A stretch of DNA of 64,000 nt from Macrostomum hystrix (GCA_950097015.1 CATNEN010000012.1:1364001-1428000); one strand, 5' to 3'. Positions 1 to 12,925 are shown, numbered from the stretch's first letter. The notes: a model not told the origin generated them from the letters alone. Made by a program: numbers and translations.

Positions 1-335
1 GTATGAGATCTGGGATCTGGGAGGAGGGATGAGAAAGGAGATCTGGAAGGAGTGATGAGATCGGGGATCTGGGAGGAGGAGGGATGAGATCTGGGATCTG
101 GGAGGAGGGATGATAAAGGGGATCTGGGAGGAGGGATGAGAAAGGGGGTCTGGGAGAAGGTATGAGATCTGGGGTCTGGGAGGAGGGATGAGAAAGGAGA
201 TCTGGAAGGAGTGATGAGATCGGGGATCTGGGAGGAGGAGGGATGAGATCTGGGATCTGGGAGGAGGGATGATAAAGGGGATCTGGGAGGAGGGATGATA
301 AAGGGGATCTGGGAGGAGGGATGAGATCGGGGATC
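1..335. repeat. Purine-rich minisatellite (GGGATCTGGGAGGAGGGATGA-like) with a ~159-bp higher-order duplication
   Basis: GTATGAGATCTGGG occurs at 1 and 160; internal short units. Confidence 0.85.
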
Positions 336-1129
336 TGAAGAGCATACATACGTGAATAGCACGTCCAAATCTGCGTGAAATAAAATAATCAACAAATGGA
401 TGATATATGGGAGCCAAGATATAGTGGAAAAAATATTAAGAAGATTAACGAATGAAATGATAGCTGGGATGCCTGAAAAGATGGTTTTAAATTGTAATAT
501 AGTGCTTTTTATTGGGGACATGAGTTTCATTGTTCCGACAGTTTATCACAGTCATGAGCATGAAATTTATTTTGTTTTAATTTGTAGTGCAAAATGAACG
601 ATGGATTAGCCATATCCTGGCTAACGATTCTTTAGGATCAGTAATTTTAGGACCTAGCTCATTTATATAATAAAGAGGCCCTGGTGTCGACTTTGAAGGG
701 CGCTTCACTGTCCCCTAGGAAAACCAATTGCACATCAACTTTGCAGGGGAAAGCTGGGCCAGTTTTTTTCAAGTCACCTTGCACGTCTCAGCTTCCGTCT
801 CGTCCATCTCGCAAGTGGGAAAAATTCGATCCTCAGGCAAAATTGGATGACTAATTTAACAGCTTGGAGGAAAATTTCCTACTCCTGCTCAGTTTTTCTT
901 TACTGGCAGAGTTTTCCCCAGAGAGACGACGTTCGATTTTTTCTTGAGCGCGCATATTTTAGTTTTTTTACTGCAATTTCGAAACCAAATGAGAACCATA
1001 CCGCGGCAAGCCGTGCTGTTTTTTGAGTCGATTGAAATGCTCTATTCCACGAAACAGAAGCTACAGAAAATACTCAGACGCATGTGCAACGAGTCAAACG
1101 CTTCTCTAACAACTCAAGCGGCACTAAAA

Positions 1130-1610
1130 TGACTTAAAAGCGACTTATACTCGTACTATTCAAGCACTACTTAAACGACTCTAAAACTTTTAAAAGAAAC
1201 CCAAACGCTACGACGATACCTCAAACACTTCTAAAACTACTCAAAATTTTCTGCAACGACTCAAACATTTCTAAAACGACTTTAACGATGCTAAAAGGAC
1301 CCAAACACTTCTAAAACGACTCAATCGCTTCTAAAACGACTGAAACGCTTCTAGCGACAAGCGACCCAAACACTTCTAAAACGACAAACGCTTCTAAAGC
1401 GACTTAAACGTTACTAAAACGACCCAAACGCTTCTAAAACGACTTTAACGCTAGTAAAACAACCAAAACACTTCTAAAACGACCCAAACGCTACTAAAAA
1501 TTCTTTAAAAACGCGTCTACATCGGCTCAAAAGCTTCTAAAACAACTTAAACAATTCTGTAACAACTCAAGCGCTACTAAAACTACACAAACGGTTCTAA
1601 AACGACTTAA
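1130..1610. repeat. Degenerate ~20-bp repeat (CTTCTAAAACGACTCAAA-like)
   Basis: Recurrent TTCTAAAACGAC. Confidence 0.7.
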
Positions 1611-1690
1611 GTCCACTTCATCCTGTTCAGATACACAGGAATTCCACGGTGCATCCATCTGTATGTGAATCTATTTCTTGACTTTTGCAG

Positions 1691-4600
1691 GACACAGCCG
1701 GTCAGGAGCGATACCGAACCATCACCACAGCCTATTATCGGGGCGCCATGGGCTTCATACTAATGTACGACGTCACTAATGAGGACTCGTTTAATGCCGT
1801 GCAAGACTGGTGAGTCTCTCTCTTTGCTAAGAGACACTTTTTGCTTCTCTTCCAAGCCTTTCATGTTGTGTCACCCAGTTGCACGATAGCAGATATCCCA
1901 AGGGCACAATATTGATCGCTGCTTATAAGTGTTTGACCATTTACGCTTCCAAATTGTTAATGGCTAAATTGATAATACTTGAAAACGCAACCATGCAAGA
2001 TGACTGATTTCCATGGTATATTTCATTTTACTCATTCGCAGTCTCTCCTAGTAAAGATCTTTATTGCGCTCATACAACTCAGTTCCTAATGAAATATTTT
2101 TCTGCTCAAAAATTGACCCTTCCGACTGTAGACTTATGTCTAAAAGTAAAAATATTTATTTTGCGTTCTACTATAATTTATTCGTTGTTTTATTTCATAA
2201 TCTAAAATGTATTTAGTTTGTTATACTTGTAAACTTTACGCAAAATGAATGTCACCAATTATGTTAACGGTTAGCTTTATTGCACATTATTAATTATCTT
2301 CGATTATAATATTTCTCTCTGTTCAAATTTGACCCCGTCTCCTAGAGTTAGGGAAGGTTTTTCGGTGTGTACATTAAATCTCGTCCCCCATGGTTCGGCA
2401 AGATTGGTCGGAGTGTACATTAAATCTTGTCCCCTATGGTTCGGAAATGTTGTTCGGAGTGTACATTAAATCTCGTCCCCCATGGTTCGGCAAGGTTGGT
2501 CGGAGTGTACATTAAATCTCGTCCCCCATGGTTCGGCAAGATTGGTCGGAGTGTACATTAAATCTTGTCCCCTATGGTTCGGGAACGTTGTTCGGAGTGT
2601 ACATTAAATCTCGTCTGCTTCGGCAAGGTTGGTCGGAGTGTACGAGTACATTAAATCTCGTCCCCCATGGTTCGGCAAGGTTGGTCGGAGTTTACATTAA
2701 ATCTTGTCCCCTATGGTTCGGGAAGGTTGTTCGGAGTGTACATTTAATCTCGTCTGCTTCGGCAAGGTTGGTCGGAGTGTACGAGTACATTAAATCTCGT
2801 CCCCCATGGTTCGGGAAGGTTGTTCGGAGTGTACATTAGTCTTGTCCCCCATGGTTCGGGAAGGTTGTTCAGTGTGTACGTTGAATCTCGTCCTCCATGG
2901 TTCGGGAAGGTTGGTCAGTGCGTACGTTGAATCTCGTCCCTCATTTTTAGGGAAGGCTTGTACGTTGAATCTCCTACCCCAGGGTTCTATGGTTCGGGAA
3001 CGTTCAACGGTGTGTATATAAAATATCGTCTCCGCTGTACACTGACTCTGTTAGCTGTCCAAACCGCAAACGATCAACCAATAAACTCATAAAAGGGTGA
3101 CTCTGGTGCGCGGCCAGGCCTGGCAGGGTGCCGTTGTTGTTTTGGTTGGCAACAAGTGCGATTGCCAGCCAGCGCAACGCCGCGTCGACACAAAAACAGC
3201 GCAGAAGCTGGCAAATGAGCTGGGTGCGAGCTGGATCTTTGGATGAGATAGATCTTTATTCTGCCTTTAATCTGGTTTTTTATTTCTACTTAATTTAAGA
3301 AACAGTTCGATTTGGTTCAATATCTTTGCTCCAGGCACTCACTGTATTGCAGTTATGGTGGTTGGTTTTTGGTTTTGTTTGCTTTGAGCTTAAAAATTCA
3401 AGTTTAAAATATGTTACTTTTCTGTGAGTTTCTCAGACATCTAGTACTTTTATTTGGGTTCATATTTATGGTTATAATGAAAGAATTAGTGGTTTTATCA
3501 CATGGGACAGTATTACGAGTATTAGAAGTAATGCTTCCACACACTGTATCGCATCCAGGGTGACTGCGATCCAGTCTCACTCATGGTCTACGGCTCAGAT
3601 TGCCCTCATTGGCAACAAGTGCGACCTTGAGGATGCACGCATTGTGTCAACAGAGCGCGGGGCCAGACTTGCTCACGATCTGGGTAGTTGCCAGTCATAA
3701 GAAGGCTTTTATATTTTTATCTGTTTATTTCTTGCTTAGCGTTGCTGCATTAGTTGGTGTCTATTTGGTGTACCATTAAGCTTTAAAGATTTCTCTGTGT
3801 TTGTGCGCAGCGCTACGTGTCCTGTAACAACTCATTAACAGTTTTCGTCTGCGTTAAATTAACGGTCTTATCTGATGTAGGTTAACAGTAGAAAGACCAC
3901 TAAGGGGGGCATTTCAAATTTCCTCATTTTTCTTTTTCTTCTGTATCTCCTTAAATATTCAACCGATCGCCATGAAAATGCAGAACACGGGCTAAACTTG
4001 TCCGCTCTATCCGATGAAACGACGTCCAGAAACACAAAACATCGGCATCGTCAAGAGTTCCAATCATTCTCGTCGGGTGTCGAGTGTCTGCTCACAAATT
4101 TCTATTATGTAATTCATCATATATTGTATTGAGTATATTGTTAACAGTAGGACTACCAAGCCATTTTGCCGCCCGTTTTTATACCAAGGGGGGGATTTTT
4201 CTTGAAAATGAGAACATTTTATGGCAGCACCTGAAAGCTAACCGCGTAGGGTGGTGACTGATTGGTTGACAGACTAGGCGATGGTGTACTGTAGTTGAGC
4301 TGCTGAGCTACTGTAGTTTAGGCTTCAGCACTGAAATTTAAAAAATTCACGTTAGGGTGTCCAGAGTGGCCTATTTCCACATTTTTTGCATTTGAAGGTC
4401 CCGCAGTCCGTCTAGACAAAGGTAGGTGCCCACCGAAGACGGAGATGATGCAGGCACATTCGGGTGACATGCTGATAAAGTTTGAAGGTCTGGAAAGACC
4501 GCACTGAGGCGCAGTGCAAATTCGTGTCTAGGGGTGTATGAAATACACTAGCTCTTATGGGAAAAATCGGACCTTCGGCCAGAAACATTGAATATCTCGA

Positions 4601-6334
4601 CGGTCTGAAGAGCTGGCGACTTGTTTCTTGTTTCAGAAGATGCGCAACAAAAAATTTGGCCGTGTTCTTGAGTTTCGTGTGCTTGCATTGTTCCGTTCGG
4701 GTGCAGCAAAAAAACTGTCCACATTGGTTGTCCACACCCTACGGAAATTCCCCCCTTGGTAGTTCTACTGTTAATAACTATACGACTTATTGTACCATGG
4801 ACTGAACAGCTGCTGTACACACAAAGGAAGTAAATTTTTTTATTATCTCGAATTTAGTATTTATAAAAATTAAAAAATGCATATAAACTTATTGTCATTC
4901 TTTTGTTTGTCTTTCTATTGCTTTTTGCTTAGTTTTTTAAATTAAATAATGCTCATAATTGGAATACACAACAATGCTCCCAGGTGCACCCAGATCAGGG
5001 CGCACGCCTGGCAGGATGCGGTGATTGTTCTGGTTGGCAATAAATGCGACCAGCGGCAGTCGCGTTGCATTACGGAGGCTAGCGGCCAATCGTTGGCCAA
5101 TCAGATGGGTAAACCAATCAGACGTGTAACCAATTAGGCCTGTAACCAGTCGGGTAGCCAATCAGACGTCTAACCAATCAGACGTGTAACCAATCAGACG
5201 TGTAACCAATTAGGCCTGTAACCAGTCGGGTAGCCAATCAGACGTCTAACCAATCAGACGTGTAACCAATCAGACGTGTAACCAATTAGGCCTGTAACCA
5301 GTCGGGTAGCCAATCAGACGTGTAACCTATCAGATGGGTAACCAATCAGATAGCGCCGATAGTTTAGCCAATGAAATCTTAACTCACTGTAGTAGCTTTG
5401 CTCATAATTGGCGGGCATCAAGACGTATTTGTAATGAATTATACTGCAAAGGCTTTGTTTCTAAATTGTCTGTCTGTGCTGTCAATCATTATCTCAATTC
5501 TCTCCTTATGAACGCTTCTTAATTCAAAATACATTTTCCTCTACATGTCTCCGTTATCTTAATTTGTTGTTTGCTTTGTTTAACAATTAACAGTTTTCTG
5601 ATAATATTTACACGCCATTTACTCGTACCATCATTTACCAACCCAGGCCTCGAGTTCTTTGAAACTTCCGCCAAAGAGAACATCAATGTCAAAGCTGTAT
5701 TCGAACGCTTGGTTGACGTCATCTGCGACAAGATGGCCGAATCGCTGGACTGCGATCCCAACCTGGCTAGCGGAGCCGGTGAGTTGGCCTTCCAGTTGAA
5801 TCTGATTAGTAAGGCCACCTTAAGCAAGTGGCATTAAGTTCGTTTGCTCTTCTTCATTTTTTTAAATTCCTTTGGATTGTCTGTTTCTAAAAATAGATAC
5901 TACAACACCAAAAATGGGTTCTCCAATGTTTCTAAAAATAGCTTCAACAACCTAGAGAGGGATTCTCCAAAATAATTCTAAAAATAGAAAAAAGAACCTT
6001 AAGAGGTGTTCTTCAAAAGCTTTCAGGTTTCTAAAATAGCAACAAAAACAAGCTAAGTGGAGTTCACTAATTTTTTTACAGGCTTTTAAAAATAGTAACA
6101 GCTCAACCTCTCTAGGCCAATCAGATCTTACGTCCTCTTCGTGCTGTCTAGTTTTTAATTTGATTAGAGCAAACTAGAACTGCACCTACACCTTTATCAT
6201 TAATTAAACTGCACATTCTGTACTATTCACTAAGTTTCATAATCCGTTTTTGTCCATTTTCATAACTCTTGCGCACAGGCACCCGCCTACAGGACGGTCG
6301 CGACAAGCAAGCAAACGGTAGCTGCAGCTGCTGA
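1691..6334 (+). CDS. RAB3: Rab3 small GTPase, 3' portion (5' exon(s) not found in window); exons 1691-1809, one of [3096-3223 | 3559-3683 | 4984-5108], 5647-5778, 6279-6334
   Basis: Exon 1691-1809 reads [40 protein letters not shown] (Rab3 switch II). 5647-5778 reads [34 protein letters not shown]. The last exon ends GSCSC* (CxC prenylation motif). All AG/GT sites are present and phases join (2, 1, 1). Confidence 0.95.
2350..3000. repeat. ~44-bp intronic minisatellite (GTACATTAAATCTCGTCCCCCATGGTTCGG...)
   Basis: More than 12 tandem copies with variants. Confidence 0.9.
3096..3223 (+). CDS. RAB3: Rab3 alternative exon A ([43 protein letters not shown])
   Basis: 128 nt, AG..GT bounded, open frame with G4 NKCD motif. 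The acceptor (ctcataaaag) and donor (gtgcga) are weak. Confidence 0.75.
3559..3683 (+). CDS. RAB3: Rab3 alternative exon B ([42 protein letters not shown])
   Basis: 125 nt, AG..GT bounded, same phases as A and C. Closest to the canonical Rab3 sequence. Confidence 0.88.
4984..5108 (+). CDS. RAB3: Rab3 alternative exon C ([42 protein letters not shown])
   Basis: 125 nt, cag acceptor and gtaaac donor, NKCD motif, same phases. Confidence 0.85.
5094..5350. repeat. 16-bp AACCAATCAGACGTGT repeat with 76-bp higher-order period
   Basis: CAATTAGG at 5131, 5207 and 5283. Confidence 0.85.
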
Positions 6335-6719
6335 GTGCTGGCCAGCTAGAATCTGAGCATTGTTAATCTTCCGCCGCAGGTGCGAACACCTCGGGATTAG
6401 CTAACTACACAGTCAGTTCAATAGTTAGCTTTGAGTTCTATGGCGATCTGCGTAAATTAAGAGGACTAAATTAACGTAAATTAATCTGTGTAGTTTCAGA
6501 TTCTTCAAGTCCTGACGATTGTGTGTCTCGGCTGTGTCCGCTTGCATCGTGTTCGTTCATTTTTTATTTCTCCCTCCTGCTTTTTGTGTGCTGCGCAATT
6601 TTCGCTTGCTTTACAAATATCTTAATGAGAAAATATTTTACATCATCACACTGCCACTCAGGAAAATTACTCACTTGAGAATAGGGTTCGCTTGAGTACT
6701 CCGTGCTTAAGTATGCATC

Positions 6720-8856
6720 GCCATACTGTGCTTGAGTACAAGTCGCCATTGAGTAGACAGTCCTGTTGGGTAGACTGTGCTTGAGTACAAGTCGCCCTTG
6801 AGTAGGCAGTCCTATTGGGTAGACTGTGCTTGAGTACAAGTCGCCCTTGAGTAGGCAGTCCTATTGAGTAGACTGTGCTTGAGTACAAGTCGCCCTTGAG
6901 TAGACAGTCCTATTGAGTAGACTGTGCTTGAGTACAAGTCGCCCTTGAGTAGGCAGTCCTGTTGGGTAGACTGTGCTTGAGTACAAGTCGCCCTTGAGTA
7001 GGCAGTCCTATTGAGTAGACTGTGCTTGAGTACAAGTCGCCCTTGAGTAGACAGTCCTATTGAGTAGACTGTGCTTGAGTACAAGTCGCCCTTGAGTAGG
7101 CAGTCCTGTTGGGTAGACTGTGCTTGAGTACAAGTCGCCCTTGAGTAGACAGTCCTGTTGGGTAGACTGTGCTTGAGTACAAGTCGCCCTTGAGTAGACA
7201 GTCCTGTTGGGTAGACTGTGCTTGAGTACAAGTCGCCCTTGAGTAGCAGTCCTGTTTGGTAGACTGTGCTTGAGTACAAGTCGCCCTTGAGTAGGCAGTC
7301 CTATTGAGTAGACTGTGCTTGAGTACAAGTCGCCCTTGAGTAGACAGTCCTATTGAGTAGACTGTGCTTGAGTACAAGTCGCCCTTGAGTAGGCAGTCCT
7401 GTTGGGTAGACTGTGCTTGAGTACAAGTCGCCCTTGAGTAGACAGTCCTGTTGGGTAGACTGTGCTTGAGTACAAGTCGCCCTTGAGTAGACAGTCCTGT
7501 TGGGTAGTCTGTGCTTGATTACAAGTCGCCCTTGAGTAGACAGTCCTGTTGGGTAGACTGTGCTTGAGTACAAGTCGCCCTTGAGTAGACAGTCCTGTTG
7601 GGTAGACTGTGCTTGAGTACAAGTCGCCCTTGAGTAGACAGTCCTGTTGGGTAGACTGTGCTTGAGTACAAGTCGCCCTTGAGTAGACAGTCCTGTTGGG
7701 TAGTCTGTGCTTGATTACAAGTCGCCCTTGAGTAGACAGTCCTGTTGGGTAGACTGTGCTTGAGTACAAGTCGCCCTTGAGTAGACAGTCCTGTTGGGTA
7801 GTCTGTGCTTGATTACAAGTCGCCCTTGAGTAGGCAGTCCTATTGAGTAGACTGTGCTTGAGTACAAGTCGCCCTTGAGTAGGCAGTCCTATTGAGTAGA
7901 CTGTGCTTGAGTACAAGTCGCCCTTGAGTAGGCAGTCCTATTGAGTAGACTGTGCTTGAGTACAAGTCGCCCTTGAGTAGGCAGTCCTGTTGGGTAGACT
8001 GTGCTTGAGTACAAGTCGCCCTTGAGTAGGCAGTCCTATTGAGTAAACTGTGCTTGAGTACGAGTCGCCCTTGAGTAGACAGTCCTGTTGGGTAGACTGT
8101 GCTTGAGTACAAGTCGCCCTTGAGTAGGCAGTCCTGTTGGGTAGACTGTGCTTGAGTACAAGTCGCCCTTGAGTAGGCAGTCCTATTGAGTAAACTGTGC
8201 TTGAGTACGAGTCGCCCTTGAGTAGACAGTCCTGTTGGGTAGACTGTGCTTGAGTACAAGTCGCCCTTGAGTAGACAGTCCTGTTGGGTAGACTGTGCTT
8301 GAGTACAAGTCGCCCTTGAGTAGGCAGTCCTATTGAGTAGACTGTGCTTGAGTACAAGTCGCCCTTGAGTAGACAGTCCTGTTGGGTAGACTGTGCTTGA
8401 GTACGAGTCGCCCTTGAGTAGCAGTCCTGTTTGGTAGACTGTGCTTGAGTACAAGTCGCCTTTGAGTAGACAGTCCTGTTGGGTAGACTGTGCTTGAGTA
8501 CAAGTCGCCCTTGAGTAGACAGTCCTGTTGGGTAGACTGTGCTTGAGTACGAGTCGCCCTTGAGTAGACAGTCCTGTTGGGTAGACTGTGCTTGAGTACG
8601 AGTCGCCCTTGAGTAGACAGTCCTGTTGGGTAGACTGTGCTTGAGTACAAGTCGCCCTTGAGTAGACAGTCCTGTTGGGTAGACTGTGCTTGAGTACAAG
8701 TCGCCCTTGAGTAGACAGTCCTGTTGGGTAGACTGTGCTTGAGTACGAGTCGCCCTTGAGTAGCAGTCCTGTTTGGTAGACTGTGCTTGAGTACAAGTCG
8801 CCCTTGAGTAGACAGTCCTGTTGGGTAGACTGTGCTTGAGTACAAGCCTACTCAAG
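6720..8856. repeat. 49-bp tandem array (CTGTGCTTGAGTACAAGTCGCCCTTGAGTAGACAGTCCTGTTGGGTAGA), ~43 copies
   Basis: Direct inspection; explains all overlapping minus-strand ORFs at 6564-8855. Confidence 0.97.
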
Positions 8857-10486
8857 TTCGCGACAGAATGTGATCGAGTAATTTTAATCAGTCATTATTA
8901 GACTATTAGGCAATGTTTTCTTGTGCGGCAGTGATTTGATAATATAGCTTTCAGTGCTGTCAGTCAGTCAGTGAGTCGTATTTTCTCTTAAATTCATGTT
9001 GTCGGTATTTCATTAAACTCATCCATTCGCATTCGAATATTTTTTGTTCATTTTAGTTTTCTATTTCTTTACTAAATACTGGTTGGGTGATCTGACTCAA
9101 TTAATTTATTACAGTTTTCTTCGGTTATACAGTGGTTTGCATTAAATTTAAACTCTCGCCTAGTCAAGGATCTTTGAGACGCCTTTCCGTGTCTTTAGTA
9201 TTCCTTGGTCTAGTGTAAGTTTCCAAAGATATTATTATGTTGGACAGAAGCTACAGGTGTAAATTTCATTAGTAACCTTATTACATGCTTGGTTGTTCTA
9301 GAAACCCAAAGTTAAATTTGATAAATGCTTCTCACTGTTTGGTCTTTTTGGTGTTTTATTCTGTGATAATGTTTAGCTTATTTAAATATTTGTAGTAGTA
9401 CTGCTATTTCCCCGCATTCAGCACGGGGTGACTTTTTCTAGTGTTTCGCTATTACCCGTCAGACCTTATTGTGTTTATAATAATTTAAATACCTTACTCT
9501 ATTGCTTTATTTTATCATTATCTTAACTACTAGTGCAACATAGGTAAGATGTAATCTATGTTTGTCACACATCCTTGCGCCAAAGTACTAAATTTTATTT
9601 TTATGCGCTACATAGTCCTCATTGAAATGTACTTTTAAGCTGACATCACATCAATGATGGCTTCACATGAAGCAGTATAGTATAAGTTATTATAGTCAAT
9701 TAATTTTGTCTTTAATATATCAGTAAGTCGTGAAATGAAGTATATACTGTACCTGTAATAACTCTGCTATTAATTTTTTCCGTCTTTTTTTCAAATAAAA
9801 TGTACCAGCTATTGAGTGTGCTCTCGACAGATTATTTATTCGAGGCGTCTCTTAGTCACTTTTTCTACTGTAGCGACAAGTCATGATTGGGAGGCAGTTG
9901 TTTTGGATAGAAAATAAAGGGAAAATTATTTGGACCAGTGAATTCAGCTCCTGTAATGGTCCGTATCTATATTAAGTGGCTCGAGCCCGCCTGGTGGACT
10001 TATAGAGTCGGTGTCTATAAATAGATCTAAGTGTACATGTCACTGTACAGTGAGAGTGACGGAATGTTAAACTTTAGCCTAGACAAAATCCTAAGCAAAA
10101 CGATTTTAATGTACACCCAGGCCTAGATAAGAGAGTTTTAATGATATACTTCGTCACCGAGCGGGCGCTTAAATTATTATTGTTTCGATAAAATACAAAT
10201 AGAGCCCCCACACTCCACAATGAAACTGAGGGCCCTCTTGACCCAGATGAACTTAATTCACTAAATTTTCAAATTTCTAATCCATAATCGTTAAGGTCCA
10301 TCGGCAAGTTAATGGGCAAGTTTTCAACTTGATGAACAATAATAGTTTTAACTGCATTAACAAAGCCCTGAGAATCACGAATTATATTATTTTCAAAGCA
10401 AAAATAAACAGTTTTTATTGCAGCAATCAAAGAGCCGACACGCCACGCACTGATTACCCGCATTCACTTCAGCCGCATCTAGCCAA

Positions 10487-11731
10487 ATGCAGCCCTGTTC
10501 GGCTAGGTGCCCATCGAAGCTATTCAAATCCGAGTGCGACAGCTTGCGCGACCAGTTGGACACGCTGCGACGCGAGAATGACGCGTTGCGTCAGCAGCGC
10601 AACGCCTTGTCGATGGCCTGCGTCGAGGCGGCCGATAATTCACGCGCTTTTAAAACGGAGGTAGTCGAGTTGCACTACCTGCTGGCTATGAGCATGGTCA
10701 AGGAGCGCGACAGCGAGGCCCAGTCTGTGCTGGCATCGTTGGAGGAGGCCGGTAATGCCGGCGTCGTCGGGCAGGCGCCAACGCCGGCGCTGAAGGCGGC
10801 CGAGGCGATCTGGTGCGATTTTCGGGCTGAGTTAGAGCGCAGTAGGCAGGCACTCAAACAGCTGCGAATGGACTGCCGGTAAAGCCCTATGACTAATCAG
10901 ATGACGAGGCATTCAAATAAAAAAATATAGTCATAGTTACTCTCGGTGTTTACCCAGATCGGCGTCCCCTTAATTGGGATCTGAAATCGGTCAGTTTGTG
11001 ACTACACTATGATTTTGTACAGTTAAATGACTTATAGGGCCTGTATAATTAAAAATAAAATTGACATGGGGGCTAGGCGCCCTGGTACATCATTTGCTGC
11101 CCATTTCGCTGACTCCTGAGCACACATACGCACTCACACTAGTGTGTACATCAGCCCTGACTTTCTCATCATCAGGCAGTGTACACTCTCACTGTGCCTT
11201 GGAGGTTGGCCCTCAAGGGCGCGAATCGCACGACTAGCCCTCAAACCTCACAAACGAAACGAACTCAATGCTTATATGGATATTATATTCACCGTTAAAC
11301 TCTTCCAACCAGATCTCACGTGGACGAAGATTCATTTTCGGCGGCCGATGTGAAGTCCCAGTTCCAGAAGTTGGTGCCGCGAGCGCCGCGCAAGCCGGAC
11401 CTGGCCGCCTTAAGGCAGGAGGCCTCTACTGCCAGCCAGCCAGTGCCGCCGCCGCCGTCACCGCCGCAGTCGCTGAAGGCACCGCAGTCGGCGGGTTTCG
11501 GTGCCGCTCCGGCGGCGAGGCCCAGATCAATTAAAGTCAGCCTGCCGTGCAACAGCCTGCCTGGCCCAACTGCGGCAGTCGGGGCGGGCACAGCTGCAGC
11601 AGCGGCAAGTAGTACCGGCGACCAGCTTCCAGAGCAGCAGAAGGCCGCCCTCAAGTACATGTCAACTGTGCAGAGGGTGAGTGGAATTAAGTTTATTACA
11701 AGCTACTTATTACTTACTTACTTACTGCTAT

Positions 11732-11773
<42 letters not shown>

Positions 11774-12367
11774 TTAATGGGAAATTAGTGTCTTGCTTAA
11801 GTTTGCCAAATGTTTTCTATGGACTAAGATTCGAACTCCCGACGTCTCGGTCAGTAATCCAAGGCTCTAACCACCGGGATAGAACCCTGAGAGAACTCAA
11901 GTGCTGTTGCTAGATTTATTGAAAGCCGCTTACAATGCATTTTATTTCAGGTGCTGCCCCATGTGACAATAGAGCAGGTTAGCCGAGCACTAGCCAGCAT
12001 TAGTCTGAGACCGGGTGCTCAAATTGAGCTGCAGCTGATCAATATTCTCATCGATCAGCATCAGGCGCGTCAGCAGCAGTTCAAGCAGCAGCAGCCAGTC
12101 TCTCTGCGTGGCTACAACGGCGCTGGTGCCTTCAAGCTAAACGGAAGCCGAGCTGCGGCGTCGACATCGCCTTCAGTTGACGAGGCCGTTTGTCCGGTGT
12201 GCCAGGACAGTCTGGACCAGGGCGAGCAATTGTGCCGTCTCGACTGCCAGCATCTGTTTCACGACGCTTGCATTAGGCGCTGGCTGCAGGAGTGCTCGGT
12301 GTGTCCCACCTGTCGCAATTACTCGCTATTGTCGGATGAATATCCTAAACTGCATGTGGGATATTAA
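10487..12367 (+). CDS. Coiled-coil plus C-terminal RING-H2 E3 ligase, DZIP3/TTC3-like; exons 10487-10878, 11313-11676, 11951-12367 (~390 aa; 5' end uncertain)
   Basis: Phases join (2, 0). The C-terminus CPVC-x-C-x-HLFH-xx-C-xxx-W-x-CPTC..LLSDEYP is a RING-H2 with a DZIP3-like tail. The N-terminal exon has coiled-coil character (CDSLRDQLDTLRRENDAL). Confidence 0.8.
11710..11888 (-). mobile_element. Diverged SINE copy (antisense) in an intron of the RING-H2 gene, with (TAG)n/(TAAG)n tail
   Basis: The minus strand reads TGGTTAGAGC..GTTCGAATC..CTTAAGCAAGACACTAA followed by simple repeats. Confidence 0.6.
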
Positions 12368-12409
12368 CGTCTCTTTTCTCCCCTGCAATTCGCACCTGCA
12401 ATCGCTTCC

Positions 12410-12925
12410 TAGTGTCTTCTAAATCCATGGAAGTGTCTTCTAAATCCGTGGAAGTGTCTTCTAAATCCATGGAAGTGTCTTCTAAATCCATGGAAGTGTC
12501 TTCTAAATCCATGGAAGTGTCTTCTAAATCCATGGAAGTGTCTTCTAAATCCATGGAAGTGTCTTCTAAATCCGTGGAAGTGTCTTCTAAATCCGTGGAA
12601 GTGTCTTCTAAATCCATGGAAGTGTCTTCTAAATCCATGGAAGTGTCTTCTAAATCCATGGAAGTGTCTTCTAAATCCATGGAAGTGTCTTCTAAATCCA
12701 TGGAAGTGTCTTCTAAATCCGTGGAAGTGTCTTCTAAATCCATGGAAGTGTCTTCTAAATCCATGGAAGTGTCTTCTAAATCCATGGAAGTGTCTTCTAA
12801 ATCCATGGAAGTGTCTTCTAAATCCATGGAAGTGTCTTCTAAATCCATGGAAGTGTCTTCTAAATCCATGGAAGTGTCTTCTAAATCCATGAAGTGTCTT
12901 CTAAATCCATAAAATGTTCTTCTAA
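12410..12925. repeat. 21-bp tandem array (GTGTCTTCTAAATCCATGGAA)
   Basis: Direct inspection; lies just after the RING-H2 stop codon. Confidence 0.97.

Noticed and set aside
4040-4090. VPIILVG-like frame as a fourth Rab3 alternative exon
   Set aside because: No NKCD motif, no suitable splice sites, and it lies in a segment resembling a dispersed repeat also seen near 16280-16320.
6564-8855. Multiple long minus-strand ORFs (up to 318 aa)
   Set aside because: Translations of the 49-bp array in rotating frames; no non-repetitive coding content.
11150-11195. CTGATGA..GAAA on the minus strand as a hammerhead ribozyme
   Set aside because: Stem II is absent and flanking stems I and III with a cleavage triplet could not be formed.
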